DNA of 64,000 nucleotides from assembly GCA_036172245.1 (NCBI GenBank), contig JAYWIR010000001.1, positions 3,224,001 to 3,288,000 of the forward strand, written 5' to 3'. The notes below the pieces were generated by a model, which saw only the letters and a list, made by a program, of their open reading frames with translations, had not been told where the DNA came from and ran no database searches. The DNA is from Raillietiella orientalis. Taxonomy: Eukaryota. Positions within the stretch are counted from its first letter, which is position 1; each line of letters starts with the position of its first letter. Shown here in pieces: positions 51,501 through 64,000 of this stretch. A program made the translations under genes and the position numbers.

Positions 51501-52667
51501 CGGATGCTCCTGATGACTTATCTTTGAACAAAATCTTATTGCCATATCAGTTTCAGAAAACTTATCTAAAACTTTGAGTGCTTAATGGATGTCCTTCAAA
51601 TACACGTTTTTATTAAACTATGGTTTTGATTACATTTAGTTTTGTTGAACCTACGGAAGTAACATGGTGAGCTAAGTATCCATAAATATAAATCATTAGA
51701 AACTGATGTGAAATAAGCATTTATATCTGATATCTGGATATGAGAAGCCACATACATACAAATAGCATAAACAAATTGTGAAGTATGCATTCAAGGGACT
51801 CCCTTGCAATCAAATATATCAATGTCTCAATAGTGCAAGAGTTGCTCGAGACATTAAAGGGAAAATTTTACTTGCGAGCACGTAGTATTCTATTCATAGA
51901 ATATGACATTAAAAACATCGATAAATACAAAAACCGAGCAGTCTAAACGTCAGTAAATTTATGTTCACGTCTGTTCACGTTAAACAGTTCGTTGTAATAG
52001 GCTAACTACTGTAAGTTGAAACAAATACATTTGGACAGTTCATAGTGATATCGAGATTACCATGAAGAGATCAAATTTCATATTCTTCTCTGTCGTTGGG
52101 AACCTGCAAACTGTGAATAAAATACTTTTCTCGGGATTTAGCAAGATAATGGAACGTGAAAGAACTGCAATGAGGATCAGTGATTAAAACCATGTTTACT
52201 TATCAAAGTAATCTGATTAGATCGAAACTATTATCTTGAATGGAGAACCCAAAAATTTTTCGAGGTTCAGTGCAGCAGATATAACAATGCATTTTAAGAA
52301 TTTATTTCCACCTGTTTTTTGTCCTGGTTTCTTAGGGCGCGAGATTCAAAACTGAAGCGTTAATTCCATTGCCATGGAAAGTAACCCTGAAAAGGCAAGA
52401 ATTTCACGCACAAAGCAATGGTACTCCGTATTAGAAGTATCGGAAGATGTGTTGATTTTGTTTACTATGCTTACTGTGATTGATCTGTAATTAGGGTGTT
52501 TTAGTTTTTATTGTTAAATTTGACTACTAATACTGCATCTAAAATTCAATTGCAATAAATTATCGACCAACTGATACAGGTGTTTATAAAGAATGGAACG
52601 TTAATGTGAAGTTCACAGCAAAGGAAAATACACTATCAATTTATAGGATGATGCCTTGTAATGAGTA

Positions 52668-54535
52668 ATGAATTCCCCCATGTATAGTGAAAGGGCAGAA
52701 AGTCTAATATTTAATGATCATATATATAGAAGATATGATGACACCGAATTGCCAGATCTGAAGGGCGATTATATGAACATTGTGATACTATTCTTCTTCT
52801 ACGTTTTGCAAGGCATACCACAAGGGCTTGCTGGTAGCATACCCCTTTTGCTTACTCAAAAAGGGGCCACATATTCACAACAAGCCTGGTTTAGTTTTAA
52901 TGGCTGGCCTTTCAGCATGAAATTATTATGGGCCCCATTTGTTGATGCTCTGTACTCTAGAAGATTTGGACGTAGAAAATCATGGCTTGTACCAGCTCAA
53001 TTTGGTATTGGTTTTACAATGCTATGGGCATCTTCTAGTGTGGACATCTGGGTGACAGATGGAATTAGCAATGAGAGTATAACGAAGTTGTTGGGTGTGT
53101 TTTTTTTTCTTAATCTTTTAGCAGCTACACAAGATATTGCAGTAGATGGATGGGCATTAACCATGCTAAAAAGGTAATGAAGATATAATCTTAATCACAA
53201 GTAAAGTCGGATTTAGGCGTAATGTGGCTTATGCTTCCACTTGCAATAGTGTGGGAGAATCAGTTGGCTACTATGTAGGATATGTACTGTTTCTGGCTCT
53301 GGAGTCTCCAGAATTTGCCAATGCTTTTATGCGTGCAGAACCACGCAAAGAAGGAATTGTTACTATTGGAGGTAATTCTTGTATAAACTTTGATTATTGA
53401 GAATGCTTTTAAGGTTTCCTCTATTTTTGGGGATTTGTATTTCTTTTTGTCACTACCATTGTTATGCTATTCAAGAAAGAAGCACCTCCTTCAGAAAACC
53501 ATGAAAGTCCTGAATTATCTGTAATACAAATCTATGTATTCTTATTCCGACTTTTGATGCGCAAATGTTTCTCTGTTTTGTGTCTCGCACTTTTTACAGT
53601 GAAGGTTAGTTGTAACATTTAATTTCCGATTACAGTTTTTAACTAGGTTGGATTTGCTGCTATAGATGGTGTAACAGCCTTGAAATTGATTGAAGCTGGT
53701 GTTTCAAAAGAAATTATGGCTCTCATGGTCTTGCCCCTCTTCCCTGTTAATCTTTTTCTCCCCTTATTAATTGCCCGATATACTGCTGGCCCATATCCAT
53801 TGTCTTTGTTCCTCAAAGCAGGTATTGGCAGGTAGCTAATGATTTAATAGTCAAGTGTGATTTACTATGATTTCCTAAGACTAATTATTGGTCTACCTAT
53901 TGTTGCATTTGTGTGGTCTGCTCCCATGTGGAAAGAAAAACCTCAACAATCCTATCCTAAATCCTTTTATATCACTCTAATTTTCCTTTTAGCATGGATT
54001 CAAGTGAGACTGTCATAATGCTCCTCTTAATCTCCCACATGTATCCAATAGATTTTTATGCTGACTATGTATGTTACAGAAATGGCTTTTTTTAACCAGA
54101 TTAGTGACCCAACTATGGGAGGCACATACATGACTTTGCTCAACACAGTAGCCAATTTAGGTGCTGACTGGCCCAAGACTGTGATTTTGTGGTTCATTGA
54201 TCCTATGACATTCAAATTTTGTACCCATTTGGAACGAGCATCTTGTACTTATCCAAAAGAACTGCAGGTACTCATAACTTTTTTCTCTGTTTTACTAGTA
54301 TAGTTTCCAGCAATGCACTGCTGCTGGAGGTGAGTGCCAGTTATATGTAGATGGCTTCACTTTGGGTGTACTGTTAACTACAATTGTGGGTGTTTTGTGG
54401 TTTGCTTATTTTTACCACCACCTCCAACACCTAGAAACATTGAAGAAAGAGGAATGGCATATGCCAATACAAGATTCAACCAACATAGAGGATCAAGCAC
54501 TTTCTGAAACAGATCAAACTATTAAAGTGAAATGA
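52668..54535 (+). CDS. SLC33A1: Acetyl-CoA transporter 1 (AT-1, MFS). Exons: 52668-53173, 53217-53371, 53414-53604, 53647-53831, 53880-54003, 54052-54267, 54311-54535
   Basis: YVLQGIPQGLAGSIP, WPFSMKLLWAPFVDA, FGRRKSWLVPAQF, AATQDIAVDGWALTMLKR-RNVAYASTCNSVG, SDPTMGGTYMTLLNTVANLG. Six frame-preserving GT-AG introns; the start codon is tentative. Confidence 0.95.
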
Positions 54536-54603
54536 AACTTCATTATAAGGGTTTCCATGCAATCCAAAAATTGATGCAGAATGCCAACAACCACTATTGC
54601 TAT

Positions 54604-57600
54604 TTATTCCACTAACTGCACTTGCAAGGTGCAGCCATGTAGCTGAAGGGCATTTTCCCAAGGTGCATACTCTATTGTGCTTGATTCAATAGAGAAACGA
54701 ACGTCTTTACTGTAAGGCAGGCTAAACAACTGTCGCACATGGGCAACCAAACCACAAATCATGATATTTGATTTCCCTATGGGATTTTCCAGTAGTACAG
54801 CACCTTGCTGTGACCCATACACTACATTGACATATTTGCAACAGGGTTGGGAACTTCCAGAACACTGTTTGGGATTGGGTACAAGGCTGACATAGATTGT
54901 ACAAACACAACAAAGACTTTCTTCCCTGAGTGGAGTCAATGGATTCAGTGATTCAAATAAATAATAGCTGCTCTTCGACTTCTCCAGTATTACTTCCACC
55001 TGCATAAGTTTTCTGCTTATCAGTATTATAAATAAACCTACCTCTTTCTGCAGCTGATTCAATGATAAATATTCACCAACTGGATTTTCAAGGAAAATAA
55101 AAGCCTTTGTTTTCCAATCATCCTTTTCCCAAATCATGAGATTTGCTAACCTAATAGCCTGTGCACAAGACTTTAAGCTCCCATTTACATTACTTGCAGA
55201 CACAGGTTGGAATAGCTGTGCTTATGTTTCCATTGTTGCGTAATACTTGCAACTTCACTTGAACATCTCTGAGGTTAACATCTTCCTCAATGATAAGTTG
55301 CTTGCTAGCTTCATGGTGCACATTATAAAAGGGAATTTGAAGCATTTTCTCGATAAAACCGGTGAATTTTTTCAAAACAGTTACTACATAGCACTCGTTA
55401 TGCTGTGCATGCCAACATGCAACTACATCATCAGTAGGCACGAGATGTGCCTTTTTGCGCAATTTTTGAACAAGATTAATCACTTCACGTGCTAATCCTT
55501 CATCCAGCATTTGCTGATCAGGAGTTATGTTCAGCAACACAAGAACCTGCATTCCATGCCTCAAAAATCAATTGTTTATTAAAACTTACCCCTCCATTAG
55601 AGTGAGCTTCATAATGACCCTGGAACAAATTTGACTTCTGTTTATCAAAACTATAAGATACAGACAAATCACTTGACTGAAGGATATGACCATGAACAGT
55701 TATACTGCCTTCTAGCAGGAATTTTTGGACTTCTGCATCCGTTAATTCCTATACAGCAATAAAATGCAACAATGAGTAATCATCTCACTTACTTTCACTG
55801 CCTGAACAACAGGTTTCAAATCAGCTTTCAGCCGAGATCCTAGCACTTTAAAATTGGGTTCTGCTTTTAACACAATGCCATATTTATCTCGATTACAAGT
55901 GAAAAAAACTTGCCGCACATTTAGTTCCTCTTTTATATAGTTCTCTACCTTCATCAGGCTTTTGAGATACTCTTCTTCGTTATGGATAACAATTACCTCT
56001 GGAAGAGGATGCTTGAGAGGCAGAGTCCTAAAGCATGTTAATACTTTTGAACAGTTAACCATTATTTACTTTCTGTCACGGAGAATGCGACCTAGCTCAA
56101 CTACTGTCTGTAACTGCTCTACTGCATGCTCAATAGTGAGATCAATAAGGTATTTTTTGGGTTGGGGCATTTCCAAAAAATGAACACTAAGGGCTTCTTC
56201 ATTTGCTACTCTATGTAAATTCTGATACAGATGCTCAGCAAAAAATGGAGTAAAGGGAGCCATAATACGCACAAAGGAGTATAGTACCTCAAACAGAGTT
56301 TGCAGGGCTTTGATTTGATCATCAATTCCTGCTTCACCCTACATTTTCTTGAATATACCATAGCAATTCCAAGAAAATCAACTAACCTTGAGTCTGCGTC
56401 TATTCATACGAATATACCAGTTTGTTAAGTTCTCAATAAAACGAATTTGCCGGGGAACTACAGAATAGAGATGATAAGCTTCCATTTCCTTATGCATAAA
56501 CTGAATTAAGCTTTGCATTATGGACAGAATCCAACAATCCATATAATTAGTTAGACTGGCCAACATTCCAGTGCACGCTTCAAATTTGTACTGTTGGGTC
56601 TACTGCATTTTGTAGTTTTTTGTATTTCAATGCTTACACGGACCTTTTCTAAGCCTTGTACTTGCTGAACGAAAAAACGATAGGCATTGTACCAGGGAAG
56701 CATTGCATCCTTCAACATGTCTCGAACACCTTCTTCTTTGAAACGTAAATTCTCGGCTCGCACTACTGGTGAACTGATAAGATACAGACGCAAAGCATCT
56801 GCTCCATATTTATTGATGACTGACACTGGGTCAGGGTAATTTTTTTTTCGTTTGGACATTTTTTGTCCATCAGCTGCCAAAACCAATCCACTTGCCACCA
56901 AGTTTTGAAAAGGAGCTCTCCCAAACAGCATGGATGAGATCACAAGTAGTGTATAAAACCTAAAAAGTACGTAGATAAAGGACAATACATCAATACTTTA
57001 CCATCCACGAGTCTGATCGATGCCTTCAGCAATGAAGTTGGCTGGAAAGCAGTCATTAAAGTCACGTTCATGATCAAAAGGAAAATGCAGTTGGGCATAT
57101 GGCATGGATCCAGATTCAAACCAGCAATCAAAGACTTCTGGAACTCTGCACAGGTCTGGAGATCCATTTATACAAGATGGAATCTTCAAATGGTCCACAC
57201 TATAAAGATCACATAAGCACTTATGATACTACAACACGACAAACTTTGGTATCACAAAATTGGAGGAATTGGAAAAAAAAAATTTTCTTAGGAACACAAC
57301 AACCACAAAAGAAAGACCAAAACAGCACAATCACAATCTTGACACGAAATTAAAGCACAGTAAGAACAAAATACAAACTCAAAATAACCAAAGCACAGGG
57401 TGTTTAAAAACTTACTGTTCACGATGTAAATCAGTAACACGTTCACCAGTAAGCTCTTCCAGCTCTTTTATGCTACCAACACAAACTACTTCTTTGTAGT
57501 CAGGAGAAACCCAAAGTGGTATAGGTGTTGCCCAAAACCTATTCCTACTAATGGCCCAATCTCGTGCTTCTCGTAGCCAATTAGCAAATCGCTTTTCTTT

Positions 57601-60497
57601 TACACTTTCTGGTACCCTAAAGAAAGACTACCTTCTTGTTTTTTAAATCGACCACGTTTGTTACCAATTAGTTTCTTGATTATTTTCCAGCAAACTATTA
57701 ACTAGGGGCTCCACCCTAACAAACCAAGAAGGCACTGCTTTGTAAATCAAAGGGGTATCAGAACGCCAGCAAAAAGGATAACTATGAGAAACAACACTCT
57801 GCCGAACTAATCTTCCAGATGCACGAAGATGCTTTATAATAGCAGGATCTGCATCTTTGACATATTTTCCCAGAAAATCATTCACAGGAGAAGTGAACTG
57901 TCCTTTGTCATCCACAGGACACACCACAGGTCCTCCTTGTATTATGATACCAGCAGCCATACACACATTGAAATCGGCTTCTCCAAAAAATGGAGCCATG
58001 TGAACTACTCCAGTGCCAGATTCTTCTGTAACATAAGTGTCTGTGAGAATCTGGAATGCTCCTGCTGCTCCATGCTGAAAGATCTGAAAAATGGAAATCA
58101 TATTCCTTTCAACTGCCAACCTCTTTAAAGTAGTCAAATGGAGGTAGGTACTTCTTCCCATAAAGTTCAGAACCTTTAAAACATTTTAAGATACGATAGT
58201 CATCTGCTGTCTTAAACAAAAAATCCAATCTGACCTCTAGCAGAATGTAGTGTCTACCACTTGCTAACTCTAAACAGGAAATGTTCTTCAAACTTTCTGC
58301 CTACTCACCTTCCACTTGAGCATAAATCATATTAGGATTCACACAAATTGCTAAGTTACTAGGCAAAGTCCAAGGAGTTGTAGTCCAAGCTACTACAGAA
58401 GTATCCATGTCATCAATTAGTGGAAAAGCAACAATAACTGATGGATCCACTACTTCTTTATAATTCTGACCAGATTCAAAATTGGAAAGAGGGGTGCTGC
58501 AAGCTGTAGAGAATGGCATGACTTTAAAACCACGATATACCAAGCCCTTCAAGAACAGTTGTTTGAAAACCCACCAGACACTCTCCATGAACCAAGGGTA
58601 AAGAGTTTTATAATCGTTTTCGAAATCTGAAAGAGAAAAACTATTTGCTCATGCTTTTGTGTTACTTTTGGCATTATAAATCAAACCCAGTTTTGCAACA
58701 AAGCACAAAACATTACATGCAAAAACAACCCACTTAAACAGATAAGCTAATCATTCTTTCACAACCAAATATATTTCACAATTTGTTCAAACCATAGTAG
58801 CATTAAGCTATAAATATTGTAAATTAACAATAACTATATAACAGATTATAACTTATAACTACAACAGCAGATTTGTATTAGTCTACAGCATTCAATGGCT
58901 CTTACAAAAATACATAAAATGTAAACCAGCTTTCCACTCATAGAAACATCGTTACATCATGCTTTTCATTTACATGAGAAACGCTTCAAAGAAAACCAGA
59001 ATTTTATTTCCAGACATGCACAGACTTAAAATATTTGGAAACAAAACAACCAAAAGAATGCATGCAAAGCAGAAATCCAACTTCATGATGCAAAAAACTA
59101 CTAAGCAAATACTCGAAGGTAAAAGCTTAACATTTTGGAAGTGGCTATTGATAGTCTACTAATACAACTAATGTAAAAAATAACTCATGCAAAATATTGA
59201 TCAATGCAATTTCCAATATACCAATCCATCTCCCAAGGCGCTGGACTACAGTTATCCACTCAGAAGAATATCTCATGACAATTTTTCTGCATTCTTTGTT
59301 ATACTGATCTATACCCATCTTAAGGATGTCTTCAGGACCTTTTAAATTCAGAGTCTTGTCGATTTCATACTCCTAAAATTTTATATATTTTATTATTAAA
59401 GCTCACATAAAAATGGTAAATTCTTAAAGTAAACAAAACAAAACATGTTTTGTCAATTGGCTGCTACCTATAACAATGATTTTTCCAATATAATTTGAAC
59501 ACCTGAACTCCAATTGAGATTTTAACAAAAACATGGGAATCCACTGGTATGACTGATAACAGCAGCTGAAGTACGACTATGAAGAACAAGCAATACTTAC
59601 ATCACTGCAGAAAAATTATCTCTACAAGCAACTTGTAGAGTAATCTACTTGTACTTAAACCTGGTTAAGATTTAAGATAAAGCAAAGTCTTTGCTAAAAA
59701 GAGCTAAAAATAATCAATGCAACTTGATTTGTGAAGTAAAATAAAATAACTGTGGAAGTTTGAAATAGTCTGAAGAACTTAGGAAAGGAATAAGCTTCCA
59801 AAAGTTATAACTTAATTATAAAATAATACCATGGATTTTACAAGTATGTAAATATTTAACGTAGTAACTTCTGGATTTCTTTGGAGTAATCATAAAATGC
59901 CAAATGCAGTGCAATGTATGCTTTTAAATATAAAAGTAATTTTGCCAATGTTTATAAAGATTTCCCTATAAACTTCAACACTAACAGTTGGTAAAGTTTA
60001 GAGGAATAAAGTTTTACTTGTTTCCTTTCCAAAGCAAGCATTGCTAGAATGCATTATTTCCTAAGATCAAATACAATACAATAATAAATAACTATCAAAT
60101 ACAGACACCAAATACAATTCTCTAAGGTCATTACCACTGGCAGGCCGTGTGTGTCCCAGCCAAATCGTCTCTCCACATAATATCCTTTTTGATGTGCATA
60201 TCTTGTTACCACATCTTTGATGGTACCGGTTAAAATATGACCATAATGAGGCAACCCGGTGGCAAATGGAGGACCATCATAAAATGTGAATCTTAAAGAA
60301 AAAGATGAGGTACAAAAAGAGAGGCCGATGTTTTGCATATTAACATACTCTTACGACAAAATATGCATATAAACATACCTCGGTTTTCCTTTTGAGGCCT
60401 TAAAGGACGTTGAAAATGCGTTTATGGATTCCCACAGTTTGAGTATATTCTCCTCTTCATGAGAAAAATTTATATTCTCTGGTACTGTACTAACCAT
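54604..60497 (-). CDS. IARS1: Cytoplasmic isoleucyl-tRNA synthetase, about 16 exons
   Basis: Start [38 protein letters not shown] (HIGH motif), [71 protein letters not shown]-terminal repeated LENP.G units; GT-AG introns keep frame. Confidence 0.97.
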
Positions 60498-63400
60498 GAT
60501 AATTCACTTCATATAATGACGTGAAAATACAAAACCATAGACAAGAAAAATCCCGATTATTTAAAACAGGCTCGTGGAATAAAACGCTTCCCACGAACTC
60601 ACGTCGGCCAAGCATTTCCAGCGGCAACATCCAGCACAGGTACCACACGCTTTTCCGAGGCTCTATTGCATTTCCTCCAAACTCTCGACGAGTAAGGTTA
60701 AAGACACCTATTTGAACTTCAGTAGAACTGCAGATCGAAACTGAAAGTTGTTTCCAAGTATCGTTGCAACAACAATGATACAGAAAGCTGTTACTAGACA
60801 TAGAATTACATCCGAAAATGGTACACTTTTCTTCAGTGAACATACAGATATTTTTTCCCTCTCTGCCAAAACGTCTTTAACACACGCTTAAACTATAGTG
60901 AATAGGAAAACATTGTATGATTTAAGTACTCAAAGCCAAATAAATTTCAAGACGAGATTTCAAATCCTCAAATATTTCGAAATCATTACTTGTGTATGTA
61001 TCGGATGTATGTTTCTGTAACGACATGTGCATGCAAAAATGTTGGTGATTTATGGAAGCTTAATGAGATCCAGTTCGCTTCAGCAATTTCATTTACGTAA
61101 GTAAAGTGTATATAAGGGATATTCAGTTATCTTTTAAACAAGACTACCTCTTCATCATTCCAAATTTGATAATCATTTTTAATACATCACTGATGTTTAC
61201 AGATAACATAGCTTGGGTTGTTATTAACTGTGATATTTGCAGCAACTATGATGATTACAACACGTCAAAGCAATGGACACATCAATGGAAATGTAGTAAC
61301 TCCTCGCAAGCCTGTGATTGCTATCCTGCATACCGTTCAACATGATAGCAACATCGAGTTGTTTTCCAAAGCTGCATTTGACAAAAGAGTAAGACCTTTT
61401 GATCATTTGAGTGATTTTTAAGAACAGAGAAACCAGAAATGAACATTGAGATCCGCTGGAGTCCAGTGATCTCCCTCGTAAATGGGGATCGGCTGAGACC
61501 CATCCACGAACCTCTGCCTGCTGCTGCATCAATTTATTGCAGCAGTTGAAGGAACCTACCACCAGTGAACTGAAGATGCCGAATTTTCGGCTAAGCAAAT
61601 GGGCGACGACGGTAAAACTGACCTCTCGCTTCGCAAAGCATTTCGCCACTTGCAACATTGGTCGACCAGAGTTCCAAAGTTTCGATGCAGTGCTGTCTTC
61701 CCTCCCTCTGGCATCCTCATTCTTTGATCGCCGCACCTCATCGAACTTTTCGAGAGTTCGTTGTTGCCTGCAAGAATGCATTTCATCTGTGCTCGCGTTC
61801 GCCGTTTCCTGACCTCCAGAAATGTATCGTTCTGGTTTCTGTTTGGAGCCACGAATTCACAAGACGAGGTAATTCTGGGAGAAAGTGGAAGGCGTTCAAA
61901 AAAGCAAAAGAAACTGCAGCCAGCACTAGCCAAGACTCTCTCGCAAACGATGGTCAACAGGTGCCTCCCCCTAACAAGCACGAGCGCAGAAATGCACGAC
62001 TCTGGTCAAGAAGAATAGGAAAAATCCATCGAGAAGCTGCGAGCAGCGTCCTGCCCAGCCCTCGGAAGCGCACAATCTAAGAAGCGACGGAAAGGACGCA
62101 CGCAAAAAGCTCAAATCCAGAAGGGCCTGTCCCCCAAAACTCCGCAACCATCTTCTCATCGTCTCGTTTTCTAGATGGGACGCGCCCGCAGAGGAACACC
62201 CTGATCGACCTCGAGTTGCACTAATCGGAAAGCAAGAATTCCGTTTTGCATGGTGTCAGAGTTGCGTCCATCCGAAACGCGAAAGGGCGACCTGGCAGCA
62301 CATCAGACCCCTCTTCGCCACCTGCGAGACGAGGACGGGTTCGTGCGCTCTGGCTTCCGACCGACCGTTCCGATTCCTGCAGGTTTGCTGCACCCGGCTC
62401 GCATGAAGTAAGGAAAGGACCGCTGGGTTCACCGGTCCCAGTGTCCACCATTCGCGGCCATCTTTCCGCCGAGCATCCCAGTGCGCGCACGCGGAAAGTG
62501 CGGACCAGATGGCAATAGGGCCTTCGAAGCTGGCTCAGCTACGCGTCTGCATTCGAAAGACCGACCCAGCGGGTGACCACCTGAAAGCCTCCTTCTCTAC
62601 CTTCTTCATTTCCGGCTACTGGGAGTGAGATGAGAGAATCTTCGCCCGGACCTGTGCTGGAGCTCTCAAGGAAGGAGAAACGTCAGTCGGGGTGAGCACG
62701 ACAGCAGTTGAGGGCATCATTGTAACGAGGAGACGCCTCTCGCACGCCTTGGAAGGCGTCTCTGTCGAGGCATGGGGAGTCCCGGAATGAGGACGCTCGG
62801 CGGCGCCTGCCTTCCTCGCCTGCAGATTGGCAAGCAGCCGCGCGCACTCAACGGGCACCGGCCAACTCACAGAGGTGATTGCGGGGCGCGGATCCCGCGG
62901 CGACCGTGAGGGACACCGGAAGCCACTCTCCTGCAACGCTGCTCTGCAACCGGAAATGCGCAACCAGATCTCTTCGCACGCGCCGCTCCGCGAGTGCCTG
63001 TCTGGAACGAGAGAGCTCATCTCTCTCCCGGCACCACAGACGGGAGAATGCCGCTTGCTCCACAACCGTCACACTTTCGGGATGTCCGGTTGGGAACACG
63101 CAGGAAAGGAGGCGCGCGGGCCACGACGCGGGAGCGAATACGAGACGACAAGTCCCCGCCGCCACGCTCCCGCTCAACGTGGCGACGGTTGTCCGGAGCT
63201 CCCAGATTTGCGCGCCTCCTGGATGTCGCCCGGGAAGCAGCGTGGGACGGTCGGCACCGCTGGAATTTCTCCACTGAGATGCTGCAATTTGGGTAGGCGT
63301 CGGAAGTGTCGCCGGAGCAGCTGGATGCCGAGGCTTGGCGCGCTCCCCCTGGTCGAGCGTTTCAGACGGGACAGCGCGGAGGCTGTTACACGCGTCGCGC

Positions 63401-64000
63401 GCGTTCTCGCACGGTTCGAACATTCCCAATTGCGTGCGCCGGGAAGGTCTGGCTCTGCCCTATGGCCTGCGCCCTAGAGACGCAGCCGGCCGAGCGCACC
63501 GGTGCATCCCCGTCGACCTCCCGAAAGCCGCGTGCCCGAAACGCGACGCTGCGCCAGAGATTGCTAGGAGTGGGCGTCTTGTTGCCGCGCTGGAGGATCA
63601 GAGGGCACACGTGGACGTCAGCTCGCTTCAAGGACGTGAGCGACCACTCGGACAAGACGCTTCGCTCAGCAGCCTCTTCCCTGATGAATAGATGGACGGC
63701 GGCAGCAGCCACGAGAGAGGCGGTTGCCGCGGCGACCGCCTCCAGAAGCGTCTCGGTGCCATGCAAAGGGCATTCCATGGAGATGGGCTCTCAAGCATCG
63801 GGAGTGGCACCAAGCGGTGGCAAAGAGGACTCAGGAGCACGGCCCCCCTTCCGCGTCCGAAAGGAGTTTGTCTGCAGCTCCGGACCGGTGAGCTGAGTTG
63901 CTGCCACCGAGCGCGCGGCCCTCTCCGCCTGGAGCAGGGAGTCTGCAATGGGGTAGAGTCGCTTCCTCATTCCTTCATGGAACTCGGACTGCTGCGGATG

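Noticed and set aside
48600..52300. Coding-like fragments and an 11-bp stem (51425-51451) upstream of SLC33A1
   Set aside because: No coherent spliced model or family motif; could be a decayed transposase or an unrecognised gene.
61560..64000. GC-rich ORFs at the right end
   Set aside because: No recognisable motif; probably decayed repeat sequence that I cannot classify.
1..64000. CRISPR arrays, operons or prokaryotic defence systems
   Set aside because: Spliceosomal introns and animal genes throughout; no regularly spaced repeat-spacer array seen.

Overview
Animal genomic DNA, most likely an arthropod, not prokaryotic. The left end is GC/CpG-rich: the 3' exons of an EGFR receptor tyrosine kinase gene (+, 236-4057), convergent with a gene encoding a flightin/miniparamyosin-type WYR motif (-, 4706-5452). 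A short mitochondrial insertion (NUMT: trnS2-trnI-trnM-nad2 start) follows at ~7.2-7.5 kb. About 7.5-51 kb is mostly decayed mobile DNA: L1/Tx1-type and R2-type LINE relics, a probable hAT relic, at least six copies of a tRNA-headed SINE rich in TTCG-capped hairpins, an AT-rich dispersed repeat and two fold-back duplications. At 52.7-60.5 kb lie two AT-rich, CpG-poor housekeeping genes, SLC33A1 (+) and IARS1 (-), with mostly ~40-48 nt introns and stop codons only 68 bp apart. Most long ORFs in GC-rich stretches are shadow ORFs. I found no unambiguous new multi-gene system; the best leads are the WYR-family gene, the hairpin-rich SINE, the NUMT gene order and the sharp compositional split between gene classes. 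All calls were made by eye, with no searches run.
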